Under the pieces are notes generated by a model that saw nothing but the letters and a program-made list of their open reading frames with translations, ran no database searches and was not told the DNA's origin. A stretch of 49,089 bases of DNA from a virus (Duplodnaviria; Caudoviricetes). The DNA is taken from positions 1 through 49,089 of IMG/VR virus record IMGVR_UViG_3300047403_000186; one strand, written 5' to 3'. A program made the translations under genes and the position numbers. Positions 1-8,582 of the stretch are shown here, in pieces; within the stretch, counting starts at the first letter, position 1, and each line of letters opens with the position of its first letter.

Positions 1-55
1 CCGCGCGCCGTGACAACTTGGCACGGTAGGGGTGTCGCGTAACTATGCAAAACAA

Positions 56-670
56 TTACCGCTCGCCGCTTTCGCGCAACCCAGCCAGCAGATCGCCAGG
101 CGCCAGGCCCAGATCGCCCGCCGACTCGATTGCCTGGGCCGTCGCGCGCTCGACCAGCCGGGCGGCCAGCGTCCGGTGCCGGCCCAGCGCGTCGCCGATC
201 GCCTGGTTGCCCATCGCGCCGCGCTCTGCCAGGTCGAGCGCGCAGCTCGCCGGTAGCGGGTGCTCAAGCCACCTGGGCGCCAGCGTGCTCGCGGGCCGCG
301 TGCTGGACGGCAGCTCGCCCGGAGCTCGCAGGGTCCAGCCGCGCGCGTCGCGCGGGCACGCGCTTAGCCCAGGTCGGCCAGCGCGCTCGCCGTCGGGGCC
401 GCCGTGGATCGCCCAGAGGTGGTGTCGGCAGCGCACGTATGGGCAGCCCACCTCGGCGCGATCAGGCGGGCAGCTCGCTCGCGTCGCCCCTGGCAGCCCA
501 GGAACGGGCTCGAAGGTACCGGCGAGCACCGAGGCGGCGCGGAGTCGCAGGAACTCGACGCGCGACAGGTCGGGGTGCTCGAGCTCGATCGGATGCGGGT
601 CGCGCCGACGTCGGCCGCGTCGGCGACGGACGGGACCGAACCCAGGCAGAGTCGTTTGACGCGCCCGCAA
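56..670 (-). CDS. Zn-binding, sigma-70 region 4-like HTH DNA-binding protein; candidate late-gene activator
   Basis: Motifs C-x8-CPYVRCRHHL and SCALDLAERGAMGNQAIGDALG followed by an HTH-like segment. Resembles a myxobacterial family from memory. Sits distally in the replication operon. Confidence 0.6.
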   Translation of the reverse strand: MRARQTTLPGFGPVRRRRGRRRRDPHPIELEHPDLSRVEFLRLRAASVLAGTFEPVPGLPGATRASCPPDRAEVGCPYVRCRHHLWAIHGGPDGERAGRPGLSACPRDARGWTLRAPGELPSSTRPASTLAPRWLEHPLPASCALDLAERGAMGNQAIGDALGRHRTLAARLVERATAQAIESAGDLGLAPGDLLAGLRESGER

Positions 671-696
671 ATACCCCTCAGTCGCGAGACTGAGAG

Positions 697-897
697 TTAT
701 TCGGTGTTACGCAATTTGTTTCGGTTTTGCGCGGGCTCAGCTGCGAATCCGCGGATCAGTTTGAGTGCCAGTCTCGTCTGTGCGCGGGCGTCGTCCAGGC
801 GATCGGGAATCAGCCGGACCGCAGTCTGCAGCGAGTCAATCGCCATCAGCAGGTCAGTGCGCCACTGCGTCTCTGCCGGGCGGCGACCCGATCTCAT
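697..897 (-). CDS. Hypothetical protein
   Basis: ATG at 897 overlaps the upstream stop (ATGA). Confidence 0.55.
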   Translation of the reverse strand: MRSGRRPAETQWRTDLLMAIDSLQTAVRLIPDRLDDARAQTRLALKLIRGFAAEPAQNRNKLRNTE

Positions 898-1187
898 GGG
901 GCCACCCTGCAGCCATGGCGGTGAAACCCCACGGCGATACAGTCGAGGCACCACGCCGTGGACCGCGGAGGCTGCAACCGATCAGGGCAGGCCGACCGGA
1001 TATGACCGGCAGACCCGCAGGCAGAGCAGCGAGACCAGCCGTCACCGCGCTCAGCCTCGCGCTTGGCCGCTGCGCACGCCGCGCAACGAAACCTGCCAGG
1101 CTCGGCCGGGCGCACGCCGCACTGGCCACACAGCCCTGCCGCGCGGGCGGTCGCGCGACGTCGCCGCTGGTACTCAGCCGGGCGCAC
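894..1187 (-). CDS. Cys-rich zinc-finger protein with CCHC knuckle
   Basis: CGQC, CAAC, CSACGSAGHIRSAC (C-x2-C-x4-H-x4-C), CLDC. Confidence 0.65.
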   Translation of the reverse strand: MRPAEYQRRRRATARAAGLCGQCGVRPAEPGRFRCAACAAAKREAERGDGWSRCSACGSAGHIRSACPDRLQPPRSTAWCLDCIAVGFHRHGCRVAP

Positions 1188-1491
1188 GTGCTGCCCTCTG
1201 CCTGGCGCGGTATGCTGCTGAGTGAAGGCGGGCGAGCTCGCGGTAGTGCTCGCGGTTGGCTGCCTTGCGCTCGCGGTTGCGCGCCCGCTCCTTGGCCGCC
1301 TTTGGCGTGCAGTAGCGGTGGCGGCGCGGGCGGGACGGCTGGCGCGGCTGCCGAGACCGGCGAGAGTGGTAGGCGGCCTGGTACTCGCGTTGCGCTCGGA
1401 GCCTGCCCCACGCCAGCAGCTCGAGCTGCCATTGCTGCTCGTACTCGTCCGAGCCCGACAGCTCGTCGAACATCTCGCGGATCCCCGTCAC
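1174..1491 (-). CDS. Hypothetical basic protein
   Basis: GTGA coupling with the upstream ORF; operon position. Confidence 0.55.
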   Translation of the reverse strand: MTGIREMFDELSGSDEYEQQWQLELLAWGRLRAQREYQAAYHSRRSRQPRQPSRPRRHRYCTPKAAKERARNRERKAANREHYRELARLHSAAYRARQRAARAPG

Positions 1492-1751
1492 CGCCGACGC
1501 TCCTCCCAGGCGACGTATGCCGCCCGGTACTCTGCCAGCACAGCCGGTGCGCGCCCCTGCTCGACCAAAAACGCGCGAGCGTCGTTGAAGATGCCAGCGG
1601 CGCCGGGCCCGTCTGACTGCCGGTCCAGCGTGGCCAGCGCCCGCTCGAGGTGATCGAGCGACCGCTGATGGGCCGCGGCTAGCTGGTCGCGCTCGACTCG
1701 CAGCGCGGTGGTCCTGGGGTCGATATCCCAGGCGTCGGTGTCGTTTCGCAT
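1488..1751 (-). CDS. Hypothetical protein
   Basis: ATG with GGGGA RBS-like element; coupled to the next ORF. Confidence 0.6.
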   Translation of the reverse strand: MRNDTDAWDIDPRTTALRVERDQLAAAHQRSLDHLERALATLDRQSDGPGAAGIFNDARAFLVEQGRAPAVLAEYRAAYVAWEERRR

Positions 1752-1803
1752 GTCAGTCCCCCATGTGTCCTTGGTGTGCCATGTGCCGCACAGCGCCCGC
1801 TGG

Positions 1804-2274
1804 TCAACGTATCCACAGCCTAGCGGCCACCGCCGCAGTCGGCTCCCAGTCGCGCCACACGAGCACCGAGGTGAAGTTAGCGACGCCGACGTTGCCGCGC
1901 CGCTCGAATGCCAGCCGCTCTCGAAACGGCGCCCAGTCTGCCTTTGCCGCCATCAGCTCGCGCCACCATGCCGTTGTGGTGTCCAACTTCCACAGCGCGA
2001 CCCACGGGCCGTCGTGAGCGCGCAGGCGCTGACACCACGGAAGCGGGTTGGAGTACGGACCGTTGCACCAGACCAGCCCGTGCCACGGCAACGTCAGCCC
2101 GTCCTGGTCGAGCTCGAGCATGTACCGGATGCGCGCTCGGACGTGGCTGCGCGGGTTGGTGCAGGGATCCGTGTCGAACTCGGGCAGGAGGTCCGCTAGC
2201 CAGCGCGGCGTGCACTGGGCGTCTGTCGAGTCGACCGGGCCGGCGGGCACGGAACTGAACAAGGACAGGGTCAC
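1804..2274 (-). CDS. Phage Dam-like DNA N6-adenine methyltransferase
   Basis: TPRW...FDTDPC...DGLTLPWHGLVWCNGPYS matches the phage Dam family (NPPY appears as NGPY). GTG start overlaps the upstream stop. Confidence 0.8.
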   Translation of the reverse strand: MTLSLFSSVPAGPVDSTDAQCTPRWLADLLPEFDTDPCTNPRSHVRARIRYMLELDQDGLTLPWHGLVWCNGPYSNPLPWCQRLRAHDGPWVALWKLDTTTAWWRELMAAKADWAPFRERLAFERRGNVGVANFTSVLVWRDWEPTAAVAARLWIR

Positions 2275-2462
2275 TGGCGCGCCCCGTAACACTCCGGGTG
2301 ACTCTCCATGTCCGCGAGCGCGGCAATCTCGGCCGCCTGTTCGGATAGCCCCCCTGATTCGCGCATGATGGAAACGCGCTCTAGGAACATCTCCAAAGCA
2401 ACAGCCGCAGACACACCATGGGTAGTGGCCCACCGTTCGATGCGGGCACTAGCCGGCGACAT
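2271..2462 (-). CDS. Small phage protein with ERxxIMxxxGGLS motif
   Basis: FLERVSIMRESGGLSEQAAE resembles a recurrent phage motif. Confidence 0.55.
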   Translation of the reverse strand: MSPASARIERWATTHGVSAAVALEMFLERVSIMRESGGLSEQAAEIAALADMESHPECYGARQ

Positions 2463-2781
2463 GGAGCAATTCCTCTCTGAGAGCCCACGTCTTGCGTTTT
2501 CCGCGTCCACCACGGCGCGCCCACGACCAGACCGCAAAATGCGCTCCAGCGCGAAGCCAGGCGGCAAAATGAGGCTGCTGGCGTGCCTTGGCCGCGCGGG
2601 CTGCGTGGTTGGTGCCAGAGGTGGCCTGGATTCCGAGCAGACCATTGGGCGTGATCGCCACGATGTCGATGCAGCCGAACAGGTCGCGCTTGATGAACGT
2701 GCGCGGGATCGTCTGCTCGACGACCTGGGCAGGCCAGCCGCGCTTGCGGCACTCGGCGAGGGTGCGGGCGGTCGGACTCAC
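2449..2781 (-). CDS. PD-(D/E)xK-fold nuclease, putative Holliday junction resolvase
   Basis: DLFGCIDIVAI...LLGIQAT motif; downstream of the helicase; GTGA start. Confidence 0.65.
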   Translation of the reverse strand: MSPTARTLAECRKRGWPAQVVEQTIPRTFIKRDLFGCIDIVAITPNGLLGIQATSGTNHAARAAKARQQPHFAAWLRAGAHFAVWSWARRGGRGKRKTWALREELLHVAG

Positions 2782-2903
2782 TTGCCCTGCCTCCGCGCCC
2801 GCTCCACGAGCTCGACCAGCAGCCGACGCGCGTCCGCCTCCTGCGGCGTACCCATCGCCCACACCCACACCCGCCGCGCCGTCTCGATGTCGACGGCTGT
2901 CAC
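2778..2903 (-). CDS. Small hypothetical protein
   Basis: GTGA overlaps at both ends. Confidence 0.45.
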   Translation of the reverse strand: MTAVDIETARRVWVWAMGTPQEADARRLLVELVERARRQGK

Positions 2904-4270
2904 TCGATCCGCGTTGTCGGTCCGTCCCATGACGCCGTCACCTTTCCGGTCCTGCCGTTGGAATTCTTGAGGACGTGCAGCTGCACCTGTGTTTGGAACT
3001 GCGCGTCCGTCGGTGTGTGCTGGCAATCGCCCTTGGCGCTGCACTCGCAGTCGTAATCAATTCCCCGCTTGGGAGGCGTCTTGTAGGCCGCGCCGCGATA
3101 CAGCCCAACGACGCACTTTGCGCGCTCCTCGAGCGAGCCCGACTCGCGCAGGTCCGACAGCTGCGGGCGCTTGTCCTCGCGGGATTCGATCTGCCGGTTG
3201 AGCTGGCTCATCACGACGTACGCCATGCCGTCGTGCTTGGCCGCGTCGGCCAGCGTCGTCACGATCTCGCCCAGCGCCTCGTGCGTGCTCATGCGCGGGT
3301 GTGGCTTGCTGACCAGCTGCACGTAGTCGACGATCACGACCTTCGTCCGGTTGTCTTTCTTGCGGCGACGCACCGAGCGGACGATTTCCTGCGCCGTGAT
3401 TCCGCTGCGCCCGTCAAACAGCCAGCCCTGGCGGCGCGACAGCGTCTTGAGCGCGTCGGTCATCGCCGGCATGTCGCCTTTGGTCAGATTCGCGGCGCGA
3501 ATTCTCTCGGCGGATACGCCGCTCGTGCGAGCCAGCGCGCGATCGGCGTAGGCCTGCTCGGTGTCCTCGAGGCTGAACAGGTGGACGCCCGCGCCGAGTC
3601 GGCTGCATGCGTCCGCCGTCGCCAGCCCAAGCGACGACTTGCCCATGCCAGGGCGGGCCGCGACGATGCTGACAATGCCGGGCTGCCAGCCGCCGAGCTT
3701 CTCGTCCAGGCGCTGCACGCCCGTCGGGTACCCGGTCATGGTCGTTCGTCCGGCTGCCATGTCGGCCGCGATCTGCTCGATCTGCTTGACCCGGCGCTTG
3801 ACGACGTCGCCGATCGTCGAGGCGTCCTCGGGCTGCTCGGCGTCCATGCGCGATGCGACCGCGAGCACCCGGCCCAGCATGTCGGCGCCCGTGATTGAGC
3901 CGGCGCGGCCGAGTTGGAGAACGTCGTCAAGGACCTCGGAGAGCCGCTGGCGGATCGCCGCGTCACGGAGCCGCGAGGCGTACTCGATCGCGTTCGTGAC
4001 CGTCGGCACCTTGAGCGCGCACTCGCCGAGCCAGCCAAAGCCGACGTTGTCCAGGTGCCCGCACTTGGCGAGCTCGTCGCCGACCGTGGTCACGTCGATC
4101 GGGGCGTTGCGCGCCTCGAGGTTGCGGATGGCGTCCCATGTCGCGCGGGGACGGAAGTTTCGGAAGTCCTCCGTCTCCAGGCCTGGCAAAAGCGCGAGCG
4201 TGTCGGGGCTGATCAGGATGGCGCCGATCACGGACATCTCGAGCTGGCTGATGCTGTCGGCGTCCGTCAC
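2900..4270 (-). CDS. dnaB: Replicative DNA helicase
   Basis: AARPGMGKS Walker A, FSLED, VIVDYVQL, SQLNR, RPQLSDLRESGSLEE. Confidence 0.96.
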   Translation of the reverse strand: MTDADSISQLEMSVIGAILISPDTLALLPGLETEDFRNFRPRATWDAIRNLEARNAPIDVTTVGDELAKCGHLDNVGFGWLGECALKVPTVTNAIEYASRLRDAAIRQRLSEVLDDVLQLGRAGSITGADMLGRVLAVASRMDAEQPEDASTIGDVVKRRVKQIEQIAADMAAGRTTMTGYPTGVQRLDEKLGGWQPGIVSIVAARPGMGKSSLGLATADACSRLGAGVHLFSLEDTEQAYADRALARTSGVSAERIRAANLTKGDMPAMTDALKTLSRRQGWLFDGRSGITAQEIVRSVRRRKKDNRTKVVIVDYVQLVSKPHPRMSTHEALGEIVTTLADAAKHDGMAYVVMSQLNRQIESREDKRPQLSDLRESGSLEERAKCVVGLYRGAAYKTPPKRGIDYDCECSAKGDCQHTPTDAQFQTQVQLHVLKNSNGRTGKVTASWDGPTTRIE

Positions 4271-5103
4271 AGCTCGTCAACTCGACGGTACGGGGTGGTG
4301 GGCCTTGGCGACACGTCAACCCAGCGGTCGAAGTGCTGCACAAACACCTCTGCCGAGTAGGGCGGCGGCGGCCACTTAGCGGTGCCCGCGAACATGAGGT
4401 CCATCCGCTCCAGCACAACGGAAAGGGAGTGGCGCTTGAGCAACGAGGACAGCAGCCCGATCGCCTTACCGTTCCACGTCGGCTTGGTCCCATACGCGGC
4501 CTTGAACCGTTCGTGAAAGCCGTCGATCGCGGACTGGTGATCCGGGTTCGCCGCCGCCTTGCGTTTCGCGGCGCTGGCATTTCGCTCCTTGCCCACGTCG
4601 CCGCCCGCCTGGTCGACCTTGTCAAACAGCCGAGCGAGCCCCTCGGGCGAGCCTGTCTCTTTATTCTCTTCTCTTCTCTTCTCTTCTGTGTCACACGCGT
4701 CACGCGTGACATCGGTGACGTCACGCGCGTCACGCTGTGACAGGGAGGTCCGCAACTTGTTGTTCTCCCTCCACTTTGCCGTGCGCGCTGCGCCGCCCCC
4801 GTTGTCCTTGCCCCAGCCGTCCTTCCAGCTTGTGATCACGTAGACGTCGCCTTCTCGCGCCAGCAAACCTGCCGTGACAAGTGACGTCACACCCGTCACA
4901 GCCTCGTCACGCGGCATTTGGAGCATGTCACTCAGGTAGTCGGGGTCGAGCTCATCCGCCGAGATCTGGCCGGGGACCTTGTTTCCCGGCTCGGCGTTCC
5001 GGCGCAGGGCGAACAGAAACACCTCACGACCGAGCCGCCCCGCCTTGCGGATCTTGGGATGGCTATCGAGATTCGACGCGACCTTGCACCAGGAGACAGC
5101 CAT
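4267..5103 (-). CDS. Phage replication initiator (lambda O-like / replisome organizer)
   Basis: N-terminal WxK...HPKI motif, R..KWR linker, EEKRREE tract, internal repeats; immediately upstream of dnaB. Confidence 0.75.
   Translation of the reverse strand: MAVSWCKVASNLDSHPKIRKAGRLGREVFLFALRRNAEPGNKVPGQISADELDPDYLSDMLQMPRDEAVTGVTSLVTAGLLAREGDVYVITSWKDGWGKDNGGGAARTAKWRENNKLRTSLSQRDARDVTDVTRDACDTEEKRREENKETGSPEGLARLFDKVDQAGGDVGKERNASAAKRKAAANPDHQSAIDGFHERFKAAYGTKPTWNGKAIGLLSSLLKRHSLSVVLERMDLMFAGTAKWPPPPYSAEVFVQHFDRWVDVSPRPTTPYRRVDEL
4656..4910. repeat. Iteron-like GTCAC/GTGAC cluster plus polypyrimidine tract; candidate replication origin
   Basis: Seven GTCAC/GTGAC copies in 4690-4741 and five in 4874-4910, next to a (TCTCT)n tract at 4656-4687. 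Confidence 0.6.
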
Positions 5104-5759
5104 CACGCCACCTCCGAGAACGAGCGGCCAAACGTCGCGCGGGCGAACTCGTCCGTCTTCCAGCGGCGCACGACCTTGCCTAGAACGCGACTGGTCTGGA
5201 TGTCGACGTGACTTCTGATTTGCCCTGTCGCGCGATCGAGCACGCCGTAAACGCGCTCCTTTGCACGCGACAGACTCACGCGCCAAACCTCATCACCGAG
5301 ATCCCAGAACAGCGGCTTAGTGATGGCGGTCTGTGTGATCGCTCCGTGCTTCCACCAGAACCCGTACTTCCCGAAGTGAAGCCGATCGGTCCAGTGCGCG
5401 TGATACATCCACGCCATGTGCCCGTAGAACCTCTCGCGGCGACGGATGTCGGCGACGCCGATCGACGAATACTGAAGCTCGAGCACGCCGCCGTTTCTGG
5501 CGATGACGTCGGCGCGGTGGCGCTCGCCGTTCTTTTCCATGACGACCTCTTGGCGATCGGCGGGTGCGAGCTGCTGCCATCGTGCGTGCCACTCGGACAT
5601 CGGCTCGGCCCACGGGTCGCAGTCCTTGGACTGGTGCGCCCAGTGCCAGACGACGATGTGACCGCACTTGGCGACGACGGGCTTACCGCACGACGGACAC
5701 GCAGCCCGCGCTCCGGGTGACGCCAGCGTGATTGCTCCGTTTTGCTTGGCGTACAGCAT
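5103..5759 (-). CDS. CoiA-like nuclease
   Basis: CPSC...AKCG...WHWAH...CDPW.E..SEWH..WQ, HRADV, LELQYS. Confidence 0.85.
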   Translation of the reverse strand: MLYAKQNGAITLASPGARAACPSCGKPVVAKCGHIVVWHWAHQSKDCDPWAEPMSEWHARWQQLAPADRQEVVMEKNGERHRADVIARNGGVLELQYSSIGVADIRRRERFYGHMAWMYHAHWTDRLHFGKYGFWWKHGAITQTAITKPLFWDLGDEVWRVSLSRAKERVYGVLDRATGQIRSHVDIQTSRVLGKVVRRWKTDEFARATFGRSFSEVA

Positions 5760-5761
5760 GG

Positions 5762-6055
5762 CTACGGATTCACCTCGCTGAGAAACGCGCTCTTCTCGTC
5801 GTCACTCGCCCTGCGCCATGGCTGCCACGTCCGAGGGTTTCTGCTCTTGTTGTCCAATGGCCTATCGCCTTTCTTGAGATTGCAAGTTGGGCAGGTCGCC
5901 CTGCCGTTGCTCACGTGTGTCTGCCCGCCGTGGCTGTATGCGGTCGCGTGATCTGCGTGCCACCCTGGCTCGAGCTCCGTGCCGCACGACTCGCACCGAC
6001 CGCTGCTTGAAAGAGCCAGGGCCACGCGCTCTGCTGTGTTGAACCGTCGCCTCAC
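5762..6055 (-). CDS. HNH endonuclease
   Basis: CESC...HADH...SHGG.T..SN....CPTCNLKK. Confidence 0.88.
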   Translation of the reverse strand: MRRRFNTAERVALALSSSGRCESCGTELEPGWHADHATAYSHGGQTHVSNGRATCPTCNLKKGDRPLDNKSRNPRTWQPWRRASDDEKSAFLSEVNP

Positions 6056-6213
6056 GAGCCCGCCCGCTCGTCCTGCTCCTCGCGAATCGCCCGCGCGCAC
6101 GCAAAACACACCGCGTACTCGCTCGGGTGGTGCGGTCGCTTGCGCCACAGCAGCACCCGCCCGTGCCCGAGCTCGTCCGCCGTGCGCCGGCACTGGATGC
6201 ACGCGTCAATCAA
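6052..6213 (-). CDS. 53-aa C4 zinc-finger protein (missed by the ORF track)
   Basis: MIDACIQC...VCFACARAI; TTGA and GTGA overlaps on either side. Confidence 0.6.
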   Translation of the reverse strand: MIDACIQCRRTADELGHGRVLLWRKRPHHPSEYAVCFACARAIREEQDERAGS

Positions 6214-6425
6214 CGCAGCACCTCGATCACCGTCGCCACGCGTAGCTCATCAAGCGCCAGGTCGATGGGGTTTAGGTGCTGAGCGATCAGCTGCTCGACG
6301 TGCTGGCTGCAGGCGTTCCAGCCCTGGCGGTAGCCGCGCTCGGCGTCGACGGACTCGCCGTGGTTCCCCAGCTCGTCGATAAAGCGATCGTTGACAATGC
6401 GATCGATCAGTTGTTGCTTGGTCAT
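6210..6425 (-). CDS. Hypothetical protein
   Basis: GYRQGWNAC motif common in small phage proteins. Confidence 0.6.
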   Translation of the reverse strand: MTKQQLIDRIVNDRFIDELGNHGESVDAERGYRQGWNACSQHVEQLIAQHLNPIDLALDELRVATVIEVLR

Positions 6426-6464
6426 GGCTTCGCCGGGTGCAACCGCTGCAGATTGCAGTGCGGT

Positions 6465-6671
6465 CTATTTCTTCGGCGGCCGTCCGTAAAAGCGCGCCAT
6501 CGAAATTCCGAGCGCGCTCACGACGGACTCCAAATGCGAGTGACTTGGTACGGTTGCGCCGGTTTCCCACAGCGAAACCGCCGACGTGCTAATTCCTGCT
6601 GCGTCGGCGAGTCGGCGCTGCGGGAGCCCGCGCGCTAACCGCCACCTAACGATCCGTTCTCCTAGACGCAC
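6465..6671 (-). CDS. Cro-like XRE HTH regulator
   Basis: LGERIVRWR..RGLPQRRLADAAGISTSAVSLWETG..VP. Confidence 0.88.
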   Translation of the reverse strand: MRLGERIVRWRLARGLPQRRLADAAGISTSAVSLWETGATVPSHSHLESVVSALGISMARFYGRPPKK

Positions 6672-6743
6672 GGAAAGAGTAAAGCCATACTGAATGCGTT
6701 AGGTCAAGTATCGTTCAATGGTTATCGTGCTGTGATTGATCCA
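6672..6743. promoter_or_regulatory. Divergent lysis-lysogeny control region
   Basis: AT-rich spacer between divergent HTH genes. Individual operators were not resolved. Confidence 0.6.
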
Positions 6744-7118
6744 ATGTCGCGCAAGCAGCGCCCGCGAGAAGAAACCGCTTACTTGACCGAGCCGGACAGG
6801 CTGGTGATCGTTGCGCGTCGACGGGAAAAGAAGATCTCCCAGGCCGAGCTCGCGCGGCTGTGCGACGCAACGCCTGCGGCAATGTCGCTGTTGCTGTCGA
6901 CGCCGATCCCGGCCGGAAAGACGCGCGGCTGCCGGTTTCTCGCGAAACTGCAGTCTGCGCTCGACCTGGCGCCGACGGCGCGGCGGCCGGCGATTCTCCC
7001 GGCCGACGAGCAGCGCCGGATCGATCGCGTCGTCGCCACCCTGCGTTTTGGCGATCCCGAGCAGTATGACGCCTGGCTGCGCCTCGGCGAGCTGCAGGCA
7101 GATCGCGCGAAAAAATAA
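6744..7118 (+). CDS. CI-like XRE HTH repressor without a peptidase domain
   Basis: RRREKKISQAELARLCDATPAAMSLL; divergent from the Cro-like gene. Confidence 0.75.
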   Translation: MSRKQRPREETAYLTEPDRLVIVARRREKKISQAELARLCDATPAAMSLLLSTPIPAGKTRGCRFLAKLQSALDLAPTARRPAILPADEQRRIDRVVATLRFGDPEQYDAWLRLGELQADRAKK

Positions 7119-7172
7119 CAAAACGTTCGGACTCACCGAACAAATGTCAGGCCGCCCTGATACTTCTTGGGC

Positions 7173-7367
7173 ATGGGGCGACGTAGGCAGGTCCGCACAC
7201 AGGTAGAGCACGACGAGCGCCTCGCGCGGATTGTTGCGGCGCTCGTCACCGATCCAGACGCGCTCGAGCGGTGGATCTCCGACGGAGAGCGTAGGGTGTC
7301 TCAGCGCGTGTCGCCCACCGCCGATCAAGTATCGGTTGACGTTTGCTTGACTCGCTCCCGCGGATAA
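7173..7367 (+). CDS. Hypothetical protein
   Basis: ORF fills the gap after the repressor. Confidence 0.4.
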   Translation: MGRRRQVRTQVEHDERLARIVAALVTDPDALERWISDGERRVSQRVSPTADQVSVDVCLTRSRG

Positions 7368-7382
7368 AGTACCACTCAATGC

Positions 7383-7619
7383 GTGAGAGATTCACGCACG
7401 CTGTGGCGACCGTCAGACGCTAGCAGTCGATTTGAATTGCAGGAATGCATCTCGATTCTCGAGGGCATTTCGCGGCTCACCGCAGGCGTCGACGTGATGA
7501 TCGGCGACCGCCTGCCCGAGCGGTTGCGCGACTGCATCTACCAGATCTTGTCGGCGTCCGACGAGCTGCGCCTGCACCTGCTCGCGGCCCGCCTCGGTGC
7601 CAAGCGGGGTGGCCAGTGA
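7383..7619 (+). CDS. Hypothetical protein
   Basis: First of a GTGA-coupled series. Confidence 0.5.
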   Translation: MRDSRTLWRPSDASSRFELQECISILEGISRLTAGVDVMIGDRLPERLRDCIYQILSASDELRLHLLAARLGAKRGGQ

Positions 7620-7810
7620 AGACGGACAACGAGGTGATCAAGCTGCTGGCTGCAGCGAGCAGCAACGTCCAGCAGGCGGCGTTCCTGATCCATCGCAATC
7701 CAGAGAAAAAGGATCTGCACGAGACGCTGGTGGCGCTAGGGTTTGCGACGGCCGCCGCGCTGAGCAGCGCAGTCCGCGACGAGCGCGAGGCCGGCGAGGT
7801 GGTGTCGTGA
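7616..7810 (+). CDS. Hypothetical protein
   Basis: GTGA overlaps. Confidence 0.55.
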   Translation: MKTDNEVIKLLAAASSNVQQAAFLIHRNPEKKDLHETLVALGFATAAALSSAVRDEREAGEVVS

Positions 7811-7971
7811 GCGTCGCCGCGGTGCAGCTACTGCTGTCGGTCGCTGCGTTTGGCTTGGTGGCTTGGTGCCACGCCGCAGACCGCGCCGATCGCGCCGGGA
7901 GCGACGGGCGCTGGCTGCCGTCGTCCTACCAGCGGCGCGCCTGGCGACGCGAGCGGAGGTTGCGCCGGTGA
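7807..7971 (+). CDS. Small membrane protein
   Basis: N-terminal hydrophobic helix; GTGA overlaps. Confidence 0.5.
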   Translation: MSVAAVQLLLSVAAFGLVAWCHAADRADRAGSDGRWLPSSYQRRAWRRERRLRR

Positions 7972-8174
7972 AGGCGTATCGCGCGATCTCTGGCCGCGAT
8001 TACCGCGGCCGGCACCGGACGAGTGAGGAGGCTCGGACCGTTGCGCAGCTGCGTCGGCGCGAGCTCGCCGATCGCGGGCTGTGCCTCAACGGCGCGGACC
8101 ACGGCGTCGCAACGCACGGCGTGCGGTGCCAGCGGTGCGCGCACGTGCACAAACACGGAGTCTCGTCGCTGTGA
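7968..8174 (+). CDS. Small Cys/His protein
   Basis: GLCLNG..H...RCQRC; GTGA overlaps. Confidence 0.55.
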   Translation: MKAYRAISGRDYRGRHRTSEEARTVAQLRRRELADRGLCLNGADHGVATHGVRCQRCAHVHKHGVSSL

Positions 8175-8437
8175 GCGTGTTTGCGTTGCTCGACCTGGCG
8201 TACCAGTGCGGCGCCGAGGTGTATTTCGATGAGTTGCGGGTGCCGTACGCCGGCCGCTTGGTGCGCCGATGGGCCGTTTCTCGCGGCTACCGGCTGGAGG
8301 TCACGCACTATTTCGGGCGCCAGGTGTTTGACGTGCTGCGCGTCTGCCCGGACGGCTACAGCTCGCTGGCGATCGTCTCGCTGGCTCCCGCCGAGCGCCC
8401 CTGGCGTCCGGCAGATATGGAGGACGAATGTATTTGA
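8171..8437 (+). CDS. Hypothetical protein
   Basis: GTGA overlap. Confidence 0.55.
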   Translation: MSVFALLDLAYQCGAEVYFDELRVPYAGRLVRRWAVSRGYRLEVTHYFGRQVFDVLRVCPDGYSSLAIVSLAPAERPWRPADMEDECI

Positions 8438-8504
8438 CGGCTGTTTGTGTGTTTCTGCTCGTCGGCGGTCTGCTGTCGGAGCGGATCGACGCGAGTAGGT
8501 ATTG

Positions 8505-8548
8505 GCTGCCCGAGCAGGGTAAGCGGCGGTGCAATACCGCCGAGCAGC
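8505..8548 (+). ncRNA. tRNA-like mini-structure (T-arm plus acceptor-like stem)
   Basis: GGCGG-TGCAATA-CCGCC enclosed by GCTGCCC/GAGCAGC in intergenic DNA. Confidence 0.35.
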
Positions 8549-8582
8549 GCGAAGCGCATAAGCGCAGAAAGGCAATCAAAGT

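Noticed and set aside
6672-6743. Specific CI/Cro operators and -35/-10 pairs
   Set aside because: TTGACC to TACTCT spacing is 20 nt and I found no convincing repeated palindrome.
8438-8582. Complete tRNA gene
   Set aside because: No D arm or anticodon arm; kept only as a tRNA-like fragment.
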